DNA of 64,000 bases from the NCBI GenBank assembly GCA_965200225.1, contig CBDATM010000001.1:516846-580845 (forward strand). Reading direction: 5' to 3'. A program made the position numbers and the translations under genes. The notes under the pieces were generated by a model. That model saw only the letters and a program-made list of their open reading frames with translations, did not search any database and was not told where the DNA came from. Position 1 is the stretch's first letter, and each line of letters begins with the position of its first letter. Positions 18,983-29,125 of the stretch are shown here, piece after piece. Source of the DNA: Gammaproteobacteria bacterium. GTDB lineage: Bacteria; Pseudomonadota; Gammaproteobacteria; Steroidobacterales; Foliamicaceae.

Positions 18983-21058
18983 CTAGGAAACGGAGGTGGA
19001 GTTCTTGGCCTGCAGTTTCGGGAACAGCAGTTCTGCGCCCACTTGCAGGCTGTCGGGGTCGAGGCCGGGGTTGTACTGGCGCAGCAGCCACATGGGTACA
19101 TCGTTGCGGCGCATCAGTTGCCACACGGAGTCGCCCCTGCGCACGGTGTATTCACTTACGCCCACAACGTGGTAATCGGAGAAGAACGCCTCCTGCAAGG
19201 CATGATGAAAGGCCACTCTGCGCTCGGTGAATGCGTCCCTGCTCACCCGGCTGAAGTCGAGGCGCAGGCGCTTGCCTATGCCCACCGGCCGGCCAAAACG
19301 CAAACCGTTGAGGTCGCGCAGGCGCTGGGTGCGGACTTCCAGCCAGTCGGCGTAGTGCCCCAGGGTTTCGGCTGCCTCCACTTCGACCATGTTGCCGTCC
19401 ACCACCGAATAGTCGTTGGGGTCCACCAGGCTTACGACGCCATAGGAAGGACCGGTGGGCGCCGGTTCTATGGCCGCCTCCATACCCAGCGGCGCTTCGA
19501 CTTCATCCGCTACCGGCTCCGGTTCCGGCTCGGGTACCGGCTGTTCGGGAAGGGGCAACTGTCCGGCCGTTAGCCGGAGCATCTGGCCAACGTAGATCCG
19601 GTTCTTGTTCGCGATATTGTTGATCGCCAGAAGCTGGTCTTCGGACAGCTTGGCCCGTTGGGCGATTGTGCCGATGGTGTCGCCGCGCCGCACGCGATAG
19701 GTGGCGGCGCCTTCCTGTATCGGTGCCGGCCGACTGGCCGCGAGCCCGGGAATTTCCAGCGTCTGCCCGGCGCGGATGCGGTGCTTGTTGCGCAGGTTGT
19801 TGGCCTGCATCAGTTTCGTGATCGTGGTTCCGTAGCGTTGCGCGATCAGCGAAAGCGTGTCGCCCGGCTGGATGGTGTAGTTCTGATCGCGGATCTGGGC
19901 GGCGAAGCGCAGATCCTCGGCAATCCCGGCGATCAGAGCCTGCGCGCCATCCACAGGAGGCGCTCGCAGCAGATAATTCCGGGGAATGTATTTGGAATTG
20001 CTCAGCACCGGTGTGCGCAGGCCCGGGTTGAAAGCCGCCAGCGTATCGGGCGGCAGCCCCAGGGCGTCAGACAGCGTGTCCATGCGCAGGTAGTCCGGCA
20101 TTTTCAGCATGACGAACTCAATGGGCGGATCCAGTTCGAGCGGGCCGAAGTAGCGTTCCGACTCCTGTTCCAGCTCCGCTACCGCGATCAATTCCACGTA
20201 GAAGTTGCGGCCCGCGAACTTGAAAGTCCGGCCCTTGTAGCGCCGGACCACGGTCTCGATGTCCTTGGTGCCCAACTGCCGGGCCGCGCGAAGCATCGCC
20301 CCCACTCCCTGGTTGTACGCGGTAATGGCGAGCGGCCAACTGTCCAGCAGACTGTGGTTGTAGTTCAGCAACTGCGCCGCCGCGGTAGACGCGCGCCAGG
20401 GATCCAGGCGCTCGTCCATGACGTTGTCGATGCGCATGAAACGGCGCCCGGTGGACCGGGTGAACTGCCACATTCCCGTTGCGCCCACGTGCGATTTGGC
20501 AAGCGGGTTGAAGGACGATTCCACATGCGGAAGGGCGGCCACGCCCTCCGGGACTCCGTGCTCGCGCAGCGCATCCAGAATGTGCGGTCGCCAGCGGCCG
20601 GAGCGCACCAGGCCATCCCGGAACCGCTCCGCCATGCCCTGCTGCACCCGTAGCCGGCCGGCCGCGGCCCTCAAGGTGGCGCTGGAAGGATCGGGTCCCC
20701 AGGCGTCCAGGATGCGCTGGTCTTTCTCGCTTAATTTCGCCGGCCGCTTGTCCGCCAGACGGTTCAGGGCGTTACGGTAGTCGCGGACGGCCGCGTTGAT
20801 TGCATTGCGGCGGGCACGGTAGGAGAGGTCCTTCAGCGAGATTTCTCCATACACCACGCCCACGTACAGGTTGTCGTGCACCAGAGCGGTGTCGCTCCCG
20901 GTTTCTCCGAACACGCGCTTCCAGAAGTCGATTTCGGCCCGCAAGCCCTCGGGAACGGGGAGTCCTCCGGCCGCCGCCGCGGGGTTTGCCGCGAAGGCGA
21001 AAGTCAGCGTAAGCGCCAGCACCGACAGCAGCGAGAATGTTCTGGCGCGCGCCCCCAT
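18983..21058 (-). CDS. Lytic transglycosylase with LysM domains (MltD-like)
   Basis: VESSFN, ATGMWQF and AYNQG SLT motifs; LysM repeats (YTIQPGDTL, YRVRRGDTI, YTVRRGDSV). Confidence 0.88.
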   Translation of the reverse strand: MGARARTFSLLSVLALTLTFAFAANPAAAAGGLPVPEGLRAEIDFWKRVFGETGSDTALVHDNLYVGVVYGEISLKDLSYRARRNAINAAVRDYRNALNRLADKRPAKLSEKDQRILDAWGPDPSSATLRAAAGRLRVQQGMAERFRDGLVRSGRWRPHILDALREHGVPEGVAALPHVESSFNPLAKSHVGATGMWQFTRSTGRRFMRIDNVMDERLDPWRASTAAAQLLNYNHSLLDSWPLAITAYNQGVGAMLRAARQLGTKDIETVVRRYKGRTFKFAGRNFYVELIAVAELEQESERYFGPLELDPPIEFVMLKMPDYLRMDTLSDALGLPPDTLAAFNPGLRTPVLSNSKYIPRNYLLRAPPVDGAQALIAGIAEDLRFAAQIRDQNYTIQPGDTLSLIAQRYGTTITKLMQANNLRNKHRIRAGQTLEIPGLAASRPAPIQEGAATYRVRRGDTIGTIAQRAKLSEDQLLAINNIANKNRIYVGQMLRLTAGQLPLPEQPVPEPEPEPVADEVEAPLGMEAAIEPAPTGPSYGVVSLVDPNDYSVVDGNMVEVEAAETLGHYADWLEVRTQRLRDLNGLRFGRPVGIGKRLRLDFSRVSRDAFTERRVAFHHALQEAFFSDYHVVGVSEYTVRRGDSVWQLMRRNDVPMWLLRQYNPGLDPDSLQVGAELLFPKLQAKNSTSVS

Positions 21059-21327
21059 AGTCGGGCAGTCTTTTTACACTAAATCGCCGAATTTCGCAAT
21101 TCGCCTGCAGACACTCGCCGCAACATTCGTTGTAGAGAGCATCTAACTTGTCCGGTTTTAAGCACATCAAGTGTCCGGTTTTCCGATCCGGGTTCCGCAA
21201 CCGGAATACACTGTAACCATGCCACCCGATCTTCCCGTAAACCTCGCCCGCATATTTCACCAGGGCGCTTGCAGATTGCGCTGGACGCGCCGGGAAGGGA
21301 TCGGGTGATTGCGCCGGGAGTTACGGG

Positions 21328-22197
21328 ATGCAGCGTGCGTTGATGGAACGTCTCAGGGCTTACGGGCGACTGATCCGCCTGGATCGTCCGACGGGTACTT
21401 TGCTTCTGCTTTGGCCTACGCTCTTCGCGTTGTGGATGGCGTCGGCAGGCGATCCGCCCGCCGGCGTCCTGCTGGTGTTTGTTGCGGGGACTTTTCTGAT
21501 GCGATCCGCGGGCTGCGCGGTGAACGACTACGCCGACCGCCATGTGGATGGCCTGGTGAAGCGGACTCGCTCGCGGCCGCTGGCAACGGGCGAAATCAGG
21601 CCCGCTGAGGCGGCGACTGTGGCGGTCCTGTTGACTGCGGCTGCTGGTTTGCTGGCGTTGACCCTTCCGCCGCCGGCGATCTGGATGGCGGTGCCAGGCG
21701 CGGCGGTCGCCAGCTTTTATCCTTTCGCGAAACGGATCATGTCGGCCCCGCAACTGGTATTGGGGGTGGCGTTTTCCTGGGGCGTTCCCATGGCCTACGC
21801 GGCCTTGTCCGATTTCGGGGACGGGTCCTTCTGGATCCTCTGGCCGCTTACCTACCTGTGGGTGGTCATTTACGACACGGTCTACGCGATGGTCGATCGG
21901 GAAGATGACGAAAAAATCGGCGTTCCCTCCACGGCGGTCCTGCTGGGCGGAAAGGATGTGGCTTTCGTTGTCCTGGCTCATGCCGTTTACCTGGCGGGAA
22001 TGTTCGGCCTGGGAGTTTGGGCGGGCCTGGGTCCGGCGTACTTCGCCGGCTGGACCGGCGCGGTTGGGTGCGCGGGCTGGCAGGTCTGGCTGATTCGCGG
22101 CAGGGACCCGGCGCGATGCTTTCGGGCGTTCAACAACAATTCGCTGCTGGGCTTTCTTCTCTTCGCGGGTCTGGCGCTGGACATGCTCCTGCGGTAG
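21328..22197 (+). CDS. ubiA: 4-hydroxybenzoate octaprenyltransferase
   Basis: RLDRPTGTLLLLWP, NDYADRHVD, RPLATG and YDTVYAMVDREDD motifs. Confidence 0.95.
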   Translation: MQRALMERLRAYGRLIRLDRPTGTLLLLWPTLFALWMASAGDPPAGVLLVFVAGTFLMRSAGCAVNDYADRHVDGLVKRTRSRPLATGEIRPAEAATVAVLLTAAAGLLALTLPPPAIWMAVPGAAVASFYPFAKRIMSAPQLVLGVAFSWGVPMAYAALSDFGDGSFWILWPLTYLWVVIYDTVYAMVDREDDEKIGVPSTAVLLGGKDVAFVVLAHAVYLAGMFGLGVWAGLGPAYFAGWTGAVGCAGWQVWLIRGRDPARCFRAFNNNSLLGFLLFAGLALDMLLR

Positions 22198-22224
22198 CCC
22201 GCAAACCGTTGGGGCGATCACCCT

Positions 22225-22280
22225 GGACTTGCGCCGGACTTTATGCCGGACTTTACGCCGGACTCACCCCGGACTTGCGC
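22225..22280. repeat. Degenerate 11-12 bp tandem repeat (GGACT..GCC, 5 units)
   Basis: ggacttgcgcc/ggactttatgcc/ggactttacgcc/ggactcacccc/ggacttgcgc, overlapping the TVP38 stop. Confidence 0.8.
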
Positions 22281-22989
22281 TTTCCTGCGTCGTTTCGCGG
22301 TTGCGGTCGAGTTCGAGTTCACTGCGTAAGGCGCGGGCCGTCAGACGGGCAATCAGGACGATCGCCGCCGCAGTAAGGATCAACCCCGCAACAAACAGCG
22401 ATTGCGGAATCGCTCCGGCGCCGTCCTGATTCAGAGACGCCATGCTGCCGGCCACCGAACCCAGGTAAACGTACAGAACCATGGCGGGCAGCATGCCGAC
22501 GAGGGTGCCGAAAAGGTACGCTCCGAAGCGCACCTTGGTAAGCCCCAGCGCGTAGTTCAGCAGGTTGTAGGGAATCAGCAGGGACAGCCGCGCCAGCAGC
22601 ACGATCAGCGCGCCCTTGCGGGCAACCGCACGGTCCAGCGCCCGGAATCGGGGCATGGTCCTGAGCCGGGATTCCACCCAGCCGCGCGCCAGGAATCGAC
22701 CTGCCAGAAACGCGCAGCCCGCGCCCAGCGTGCTTGCAACGGATGCCAGGGCCACGCCCAGCGGGACGCCGAAAAGCAAGCCTGCCCCCGACGTCAGAAT
22801 GGAACCCGGAACCATCAGAACGGCGGCTGCCACATAGGCGAGAATGAAGGCCGCCCACGCAATGCGCGGATTCTCCTCTGCCCAGCCAATCAGCACGATC
22901 AGCCACTCGCGCGCCGGCAGAAACCAGAACACGGCGAGCATCAGCGCAAGGGCCGCCAGCAAAAGGAGCGCTCGTTGTTTGTTCCTCAA
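22264..22989 (-). CDS. TVP38/TMEM64 (DedA/VTT) family membrane protein
   Basis: PGSILT.GAG.LFG, LLARLSLLIPYNLLNYALGLT and GMLP motifs. Confidence 0.85.
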   Translation of the reverse strand: MRNKQRALLLLAALALMLAVFWFLPAREWLIVLIGWAEENPRIAWAAFILAYVAAAVLMVPGSILTSGAGLLFGVPLGVALASVASTLGAGCAFLAGRFLARGWVESRLRTMPRFRALDRAVARKGALIVLLARLSLLIPYNLLNYALGLTKVRFGAYLFGTLVGMLPAMVLYVYLGSVAGSMASLNQDGAGAIPQSLFVAGLILTAAAIVLIARLTARALRSELELDRNRETTQESASPG

Positions 22990-24302
22990 GTTTCCGACTC
23001 GCGCGGCACCCGGCGGTAGGCCGCGGAGCAGAATTTCAGAATAGCCGCCGCCAGCGGCATGGTGCAGACGGCCATGGTGGCCAGCGCAAGCGGCAGGCGG
23101 TCCGGAGAGCCGAACACGCGCTCAGTCAGAAGCGCTACCCCTACCGGACCCAGAGACAGCCCGATCAGGTTGATGCAGAACAGATACACGGCAATGATTC
23201 GGGCTCGAAACCGGTTTGGCGTCACTTCATTCATGGCTGCCGGCGAGATGCCGAAGGGCATGCTTATCAAAAACTGCGTCAGGCCGATGAGCGCGAGCGC
23301 CAGCGCCGCGTCCGGCGCGAATGGAAAGGCCACCGCGACCGGCAGGGCGGTGAGCGCAACGGCGATCGCTACCCGAATTTCGGCGTCGCGCGGCCGACGC
23401 CGCCGAAGTACCCGCGCCGCCACGCTGCCCAGGTAAACGCCCACCGGCGCGGCCACCAGCGTAACGCCGCCCAGGCCAAGGCCGGCCTGGGCCGGGGTCC
23501 AGCCGTATTCCCGGATCAGGAAGGCCGGGGTCCAGGCGCCGAAGCTGTACGAATAGGTAACCTGGCAGGTGAAGCCCAGGAAATGCGTCAGGTACAACCT
23601 GCGTTGGGCGCCGTTCAGGAATCGAATGAAGGCTCCTGCCCCCACGCCGGCTTCCGCCGCCTCGCCGAACCGGGTGGTCTCGCGCACCGAAGCCAGCGTG
23701 AGCGCGCCCAGCACGACGCCCGGCAGACCGACCACCACGAACACTACCTGCCAGCCCTGGAGAGTGCCCAGAAAGGGCAGGTTGGCGGTTCCGCCCGCCG
23801 CCACCCAGTTGATGACCAGTCCGCCAGTCAGGCTGGCCAACCCGATTCCGAGGTACAGGCCCGTGGCGTAGGTGGCGGTGGCCTGCAGCCGTGCCCGAGG
23901 CGGAAAATAATCCGCGATCAACGAATATGCGGCAGGCGACAGGGCGGCCTGTCCCACGCCTACGAGCATTCGCGCAACGAACAGTTGCGTGTAGTTGGCC
24001 GCCAGTCCGCAGGCGGCAGTCGCGAGACTCCACAACACGACCCCGGCGGCAATGACCGCAGGGCGGTTCCACAGATCGGCCATGCCTGCGGCCAACAAAC
24101 CCAGCGTGGTGTAAAAGGCGGCGAACGCCAAACCGTACAGCATCCCGATTTCGACATCGCTCAGGCCCAGATCCTGCTTTATGGGCTCGACCAGCAAGGT
24201 GATGATGTTGCGATCCAGAAACGAGCACAGGTACAGGACCATCAGCAGGACCACGACGTACCACGCGTAACCGCGGCGGGGCCACTGAGGCGACGTTGTC
24301 AT
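22986..24302 (-). CDS. MFS transporter (spinster-like)
   Basis: SFLDRNII..LVEPIKQDL and ARMLVGVGQAALSPAAYSLIADYFP motifs. Confidence 0.88.
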   Translation of the reverse strand: MTTSPQWPRRGYAWYVVVLLMVLYLCSFLDRNIITLLVEPIKQDLGLSDVEIGMLYGLAFAAFYTTLGLLAAGMADLWNRPAVIAAGVVLWSLATAACGLAANYTQLFVARMLVGVGQAALSPAAYSLIADYFPPRARLQATATYATGLYLGIGLASLTGGLVINWVAAGGTANLPFLGTLQGWQVVFVVVGLPGVVLGALTLASVRETTRFGEAAEAGVGAGAFIRFLNGAQRRLYLTHFLGFTCQVTYSYSFGAWTPAFLIREYGWTPAQAGLGLGGVTLVAAPVGVYLGSVAARVLRRRRPRDAEIRVAIAVALTALPVAVAFPFAPDAALALALIGLTQFLISMPFGISPAAMNEVTPNRFRARIIAVYLFCINLIGLSLGPVGVALLTERVFGSPDRLPLALATMAVCTMPLAAAILKFCSAAYRRVPRESET

Positions 24303-24334
24303 CCCGTCATTCCTCGGACGCCGGCGTTCTCAGC

Positions 24335-24560
24335 GCCATGTGGATAACTTTGTGGACAAAATTGCCTGAAAACCTTATTCCTATTGTCTCCGGCAGTTTT
24401 CCACAGCGGGGGAAGAATTCCGCACATTTTTTATAACCCAATAATATCAACAGATTATGATAGTTTAACGAAGACATTATGGGAAAGTGGCCGCAATATG
24501 AACTGCGTAATACTTTTTTCACGGATTGTGAATAACTGCCTGGGACACATTATCCCCTCC
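24335..24560. promoter_or_regulatory. DnaA-box cluster with IHF site (candidate oriC or DnaA-regulatory locus)
   Basis: TGTGGATAA 24339-47 (perfect), TGTGGACAA 24351-59, TTTTCCACA 24397-405 and TGTGAATAA 24527-35. IHF consensus TATCAACAGATTA at 24445-57. AT-rich island. Confidence 0.65.
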
Positions 24561-25169
24561 CCATGACAGCGGGCGTTTGGCGAGCAGTCGCGCCAATTCG
24601 CGTGCAGCCGCGCCCCGGTGGCTTCTGCGTCCCTTTTCTTCGGCGCTCATCCGTGCCGCGCACCGGCCTGTGTCCCCATCCAGAAACACCGGATCGTAAC
24701 CAAACCCGCCGCGGCCCCGGGGCTGTTCTGCGATCTGCCCTTCCCATGCGCCCTCGGCAATCAGGGGGGGAACCTCGTCATCGGGCGTGACCAGCGCCAG
24801 CACGCAGCGGAAGCGGGCGGTCCGGTCTTTGGCCGGCACTCCTTGCAGGTTCCGCAGCAGTTTCGCGATATTGGCGCCGGCGTTGGCTTCCGGCCCGGCA
24901 TAGCGCGAGGAATAGACGCCTGGCGCGCCCGTTAGCGCGTCCACGTCCAGGCCGGAGTCGTCGCTGAGCGCCGGAAGGCCGGATTGCTCCGCCGCGGCGC
25001 GGGCCTTCAGCAGAGCATTCTCTTCAAAGCTCGAACCCGTTTCTTCGGCTACTTCAAGACCCAACTCGCTCATTGCAATCAAGCGCATGTGTGTGTGCAG
25101 CAACTCCCCGAGCTCGCGCAGCTTGCCGGGGTTGCCGGTGGCCAGAACAACTTTCGGGACAGGAGGCAT
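24519..25169 (-). CDS. rdgB: Non-canonical purine NTP pyrophosphatase (Ham1 family)
   Basis: LATGNPGK, ENALLKA, DDSGL, PGVYSSRYAG, GFGYDPVF and SHRG motifs. Start re-chosen at MPPVPK. Confidence 0.93.
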   Translation of the reverse strand: MPPVPKVVLATGNPGKLRELGELLHTHMRLIAMSELGLEVAEETGSSFEENALLKARAAAEQSGLPALSDDSGLDVDALTGAPGVYSSRYAGPEANAGANIAKLLRNLQGVPAKDRTARFRCVLALVTPDDEVPPLIAEGAWEGQIAEQPRGRGGFGYDPVFLDGDTGRCAARMSAEEKGRRSHRGAAARELARLLAKRPLSWGGDNVSQAVIHNP

Positions 25170-25377
25170 ATGAATGCGGACGGAGAGAATTTTGGAATCC
25201 TCCGGAGAGTATGTACCGAAACAGCAAGACCCCGGAAGCCGGGGCGCCGGGTGCCCGCGAAGATACATCGGGCTGCGAGCGATCGCGAGCGACCGCTGCG
25301 AATTGCGGCGGAGTGCGTTATTCTCTGACCCCTGCAAAGTCTGACGCCTGTAACGAGGCACTGCCGGAAACCAGAGC

Positions 25378-27348
25378 ATGTCCTTAGTCGCCACGCCCGG
25401 CAAGATTCGCTATCCGCATCTGTTCACTCCGATTTCCCTGGGGCCGGTCGAGTTGGCCCACAGAATCGTCATCCCGGGTCACTCCATGGTCCACGGCGAT
25501 TCGTCTGGCGGCGTCACCGAGCGCTACCATGCCTATCTGCGGCGGCGGGCCGAGGGAGGGGCCGCGCTGGTGGGCATCGAGTCCGCCCCCGTGCATCCGG
25601 GCAGCCGCACCTGGACCGGACAACTGGAGCTGTGGCGGGATGGCGTCATCGACTCCCTGGCGCGGACTGCGGAGGCAGTGCACGATGCGGGGTCCCGACT
25701 GTCCATTATCCTCTGGCACGGGGGCCGCAACGTGCCTTTTGGCCGTGGCGCGGTGGCCCTCGCCCCGTCCCCGATTCCCTCGGTGCAGATCGGCCAGGTG
25801 CCCAAGGCGATCTCGGTCGCGGAAATCCGGGACATGGTGGGCTATTACGCTGCCGCCGCGGAACGTTGCGCGAGGGCGGGGGTCGATGTCATTGAAGTCC
25901 AGACCGCCTCCGACTACCTGCTGGGCTCCTTTCTCAGCCCGCAACTCAACCACAGGACCGACGGCTACGGCGGGTCGTTGGCGAACCGCTGCCGCTTCGT
26001 GATCGAAGTTCTCGAGGCGATACGGCGGAAAATTCCGGCCAGTGTGGCCGTAGGTTTGCGCACTTCGATCAGCCACGCCATTCCCGGCGATCCACATGGC
26101 TACGGCATCGACGATTCCCTGCCGGCCATGGCGGCTATCGTGGAAGCGGGCGTTACCGATTATGTGAGCGTGATGAGCGGCTCCAATGCCTCGATGGCGG
26201 AATCCATTTCTCCCATGACCTATCCAAGGGCGCAGTTGGCGGAGCAGGCAGCGCAGTTCAAGCAGGCGCTTGGAGTTCCGGTTACGGTGGCTGGCCGCAT
26301 CCGCAGCCCCGCCGAGGCGGAATCCATCATTGCCCGGGGCCAGGCGGACATCGTGGCCATGGCGCGCGCCTTCATCGCCGACCCCGACTGGGTGGCGAAG
26401 GTTCGCCTCGGCGAGGAGGACCGCATCCGCCCCTGCATGTCCTGCAACCAGGTCTGCCTGGGCTTCGCAACGCTCGGCCTGCCGGCGGGCTGCAACATCA
26501 ATGCCGCGGCAGGACGGGAATGCGAACTGCCCCGCCGCAAGCTCGCATCCGCCGGCAAGAAAATCGCCGTTGTGGGCGGCGGCCCGGCGGGGTTGGAGTG
26601 CGCTCGCGTAGCCGCCCGGCGCGGCCACGCCGTGACCTTGTATGAGGCGTCGGGGGCGCTTGGCGGCGCCATGCGTCTCGCTGCGCGCTCGCCCGGTCGC
26701 GAAGAAATGCTGCCGGCGCTCGACTGGTGGGAGCGGGAACTGAAGCGGCTGGGAGTGACGGTGCGGCTACATACCGAAATCCAGGACTCCCACAAACTGG
26801 ATGCCGACGAGGTCGTGTGGGCTACTGGCGGCTCGTCGGGCTGGACCTGGCTTTGGCGCCACCGCCCGAGGATGGCGCAAGGCATCCCCGGCGCCCAACG
26901 GTTGCCCCACGGACGCGATCTGATGGCCGGCAAGGCATCCGTGTCCGGAAACGTGCTGGTTATCGACGAGGAAGGCAACTGGCCGGCGATCAACCTGGTA
27001 GAGTCCATCGCCGCCCTGGAGGATGTCACCGCGGTTACGGTAATGACGTCCAGCGTCCTGTTCGGCGATCCCGACCTCTCGCTGACGGGCGAATTGCCTC
27101 TCGTGACCGCCCGCCTCAAGACCGCCGGCGTTGTGGTGCACACCAACACCTTCGTGCAGCAGGTCCGAAACGAAACGGTCCTCACCCTTGACGGCGACAC
27201 CCTGGGCCCCTTCGACGCCATGGTCCTGTCCATGGGCGCCGTCGCCAACCCTGTTCCGGCCGGCGTGCGAGCCATCGGCGATTGCCTCGCGCCCCGAAGC
27301 ATCTGGTCCGCCGTCCAGGAAGGCGCCCGCCTCGCGCACAAGCTGTAG
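25378..27348 (+). CDS. NADH:flavin oxidoreductase, OYE-like TIM barrel + Fe-S + FAD domain (FadH/TMADH architecture)
   Basis: N.RTDGYGGSLANRCRF, ARAFIADPDW, CMSCNQVC and VVGGGPAGLE motifs. Confidence 0.85.
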   Translation: MSLVATPGKIRYPHLFTPISLGPVELAHRIVIPGHSMVHGDSSGGVTERYHAYLRRRAEGGAALVGIESAPVHPGSRTWTGQLELWRDGVIDSLARTAEAVHDAGSRLSIILWHGGRNVPFGRGAVALAPSPIPSVQIGQVPKAISVAEIRDMVGYYAAAAERCARAGVDVIEVQTASDYLLGSFLSPQLNHRTDGYGGSLANRCRFVIEVLEAIRRKIPASVAVGLRTSISHAIPGDPHGYGIDDSLPAMAAIVEAGVTDYVSVMSGSNASMAESISPMTYPRAQLAEQAAQFKQALGVPVTVAGRIRSPAEAESIIARGQADIVAMARAFIADPDWVAKVRLGEEDRIRPCMSCNQVCLGFATLGLPAGCNINAAAGRECELPRRKLASAGKKIAVVGGGPAGLECARVAARRGHAVTLYEASGALGGAMRLAARSPGREEMLPALDWWERELKRLGVTVRLHTEIQDSHKLDADEVVWATGGSSGWTWLWRHRPRMAQGIPGAQRLPHGRDLMAGKASVSGNVLVIDEEGNWPAINLVESIAALEDVTAVTVMTSSVLFGDPDLSLTGELPLVTARLKTAGVVVHTNTFVQQVRNETVLTLDGDTLGPFDAMVLSMGAVANPVPAGVRAIGDCLAPRSIWSAVQEGARLAHKL

Positions 27349-27374
27349 CCGACCTCAGCTAATAGGCGGGCGGA

Positions 27375-28121
27375 CTAGCCAGACTGCTCCAACGCCTGTT
27401 CCTGTGCAGCGAGTATCTGCCGGATGCCGCCGGCCGCAAGATCCAGCATGCGATCGAATTCCTCCCGCAGGAACGCGTGCGATTCAGCAGTTCCCTGCAC
27501 CTCGATGATGCCGCCAACTTCGTTCATCACCACGTTCACATCCGCTTCAGCCTCGGAATCCTCCGCATAGTCCAGATCCAGGACGGGCGAGCCGCGGTAG
27601 AGTCCCACGGATACGGCAGCCACCTGGCCATGCAGCGGGTAGCGCGAAAATCTCCTTCGCTGAGAGGACCGCCGGCAGGCCAGCGTTAGCGCCAACCAGC
27701 CCCCGCACACCGACGCGGTACGCGTGCCGCCGTCAGCCTGCAGCACATCGCAATCGATCGTGATTGTGTGTTCGCCCAGCGCCTCGAAGTCAACGCAGGC
27801 CCGAAGCGATCTTCCGATCAGCCTCTGGATTTCCATGCTGCGGCCCGTCTGGCCTCGCGCCACCGCTTCACGCCGGTTGCGGGTGTGCGTGGCGCCGGGA
27901 AGCATCCCGTATTCCGCGGTCACCCAACCGCGCCCGGACTTGCGCAGGAACCGCGGCACGGCAGCCTCGACGCTGGCGGTGCACAGTACGCGGGTGCCGC
28001 CGAAACACGCTAGCACCGATCCCTGCGCGTGCTTTGTGTAACCGATCTCGAAGCGCAGCGGGCGCAGTTCGTCCGGCGCTCGACCGCTGGGGCGGCCCCT
28101 GGGTACTTCTGTCCGTGGCAT
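27375..28121 (-). CDS. rph: Ribonuclease PH
   Basis: [44 protein letters not shown] and EVQGTAE motifs. Confidence 0.96.
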   Translation of the reverse strand: MPRTEVPRGRPSGRAPDELRPLRFEIGYTKHAQGSVLACFGGTRVLCTASVEAAVPRFLRKSGRGWVTAEYGMLPGATHTRNRREAVARGQTGRSMEIQRLIGRSLRACVDFEALGEHTITIDCDVLQADGGTRTASVCGGWLALTLACRRSSQRRRFSRYPLHGQVAAVSVGLYRGSPVLDLDYAEDSEAEADVNVVMNEVGGIIEVQGTAESHAFLREEFDRMLDLAAGGIRQILAAQEQALEQSG

Positions 28122-28135
28122 AGGAGGCGTATGTT

Positions 28136-28177
28136 ATATCTGCACCTACGCACACAATATCTGCACGTACGCACACA
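28136..28177. repeat. 21-bp tandem duplication in the rph/yicC divergent intergenic region
   Basis: atatctgcacctacgcacaca followed by atatctgcacgtacgcacaca (1 mismatch). Confidence 0.85.
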
Positions 28178-28258
28178 TTTTCCGAGCACCTTGCAAGCCG
28201 CGGACTGCTAAAATTGCCCCGCGGCAGTCTCGCACAGGGGAGAAACAAGGCGAGAGAC

Positions 28259-29125
28259 ATGATTCGAAGCATGACAGGCTATGCGAAAGCGGAACATCGC
28301 GCAGAGAATGGCTGGTTGCAGTGGGAATTGCGCTCCTTGAACCACCGCCATTTCGACGTGGACTTGCGCGTGCCGGCGGTGTTCCGGGAGTTGGAGTCGG
28401 AATTTCGCGGCCTTTTGGCGAGTCGAATCGGCCGGGGTCAAGTGGACGCACGTCTGGCTTGGCGGCCGGCCGAGAAATTCGCCGGCCAGATCAAGGTCAA
28501 TACCGGACTGGCGGTGCGTCTGATCGGTTATTCTCGTGTGCTGGCCGAGCAGATGCGCCGGCCCGCGCCGGTGAGTCCCCTGGATGTCATGCGCTGGCCC
28601 GGCGTAATCGAGGAGCAGGTCGCCGACCAGAGCCACCTCTGTGGCGACGCGCGCAAGCTCCTGCACAAGGTTTTGGACGAACTGGAAAAGGTGCAAGCCA
28701 GCGAAGGCAGGAAGCTCGGCAGCGCCATCGAAAGCCGATGTTTGAAGATGGAAGAATTGCTCACGCAGTTTCGTGCGCGCATTCCGGCTTTGCGCGAGAA
28801 GAACCGGAAAAGAATGCAGGATCGCCTGGACGCCATTCAAATGCAGGTGGACTCGGAGCGGCTTGAAAAAGAACTGGCGGTGTTGCTGATGCGCCAGGAC
28901 GTCAGCGAAGAGTTGGATCGCCTGGACGCGCATCTGGCCGAGTTGAGGCTCACGCTCAAGGCCAGCGATCCCATCGGCAAGCGGATCAACTTCCTCCTTC
29001 AGGAGATCGGCAGGGAAACCAATACGCTGGCGGCCAAGTCGGGTGACGCGCAGGGAACGCATGAGGCCGTGGACATGCGGGTCCTTGTCGAGCAGATGCG
29101 GGAGCAGGCCCAGAATATCCTGTGA
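28259..29125 (+). CDS. yicC: YicC/YloC family endoribonuclease
   Basis: MIRSMTGY, ELRSLNHR, DVSEELDRL, RETNTLAAKS and EQMREQAQNI motifs. Confidence 0.93.
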   Translation: MIRSMTGYAKAEHRAENGWLQWELRSLNHRHFDVDLRVPAVFRELESEFRGLLASRIGRGQVDARLAWRPAEKFAGQIKVNTGLAVRLIGYSRVLAEQMRRPAPVSPLDVMRWPGVIEEQVADQSHLCGDARKLLHKVLDELEKVQASEGRKLGSAIESRCLKMEELLTQFRARIPALREKNRKRMQDRLDAIQMQVDSERLEKELAVLLMRQDVSEELDRLDAHLAELRLTLKASDPIGKRINFLLQEIGRETNTLAAKSGDAQGTHEAVDMRVLVEQMREQAQNIL

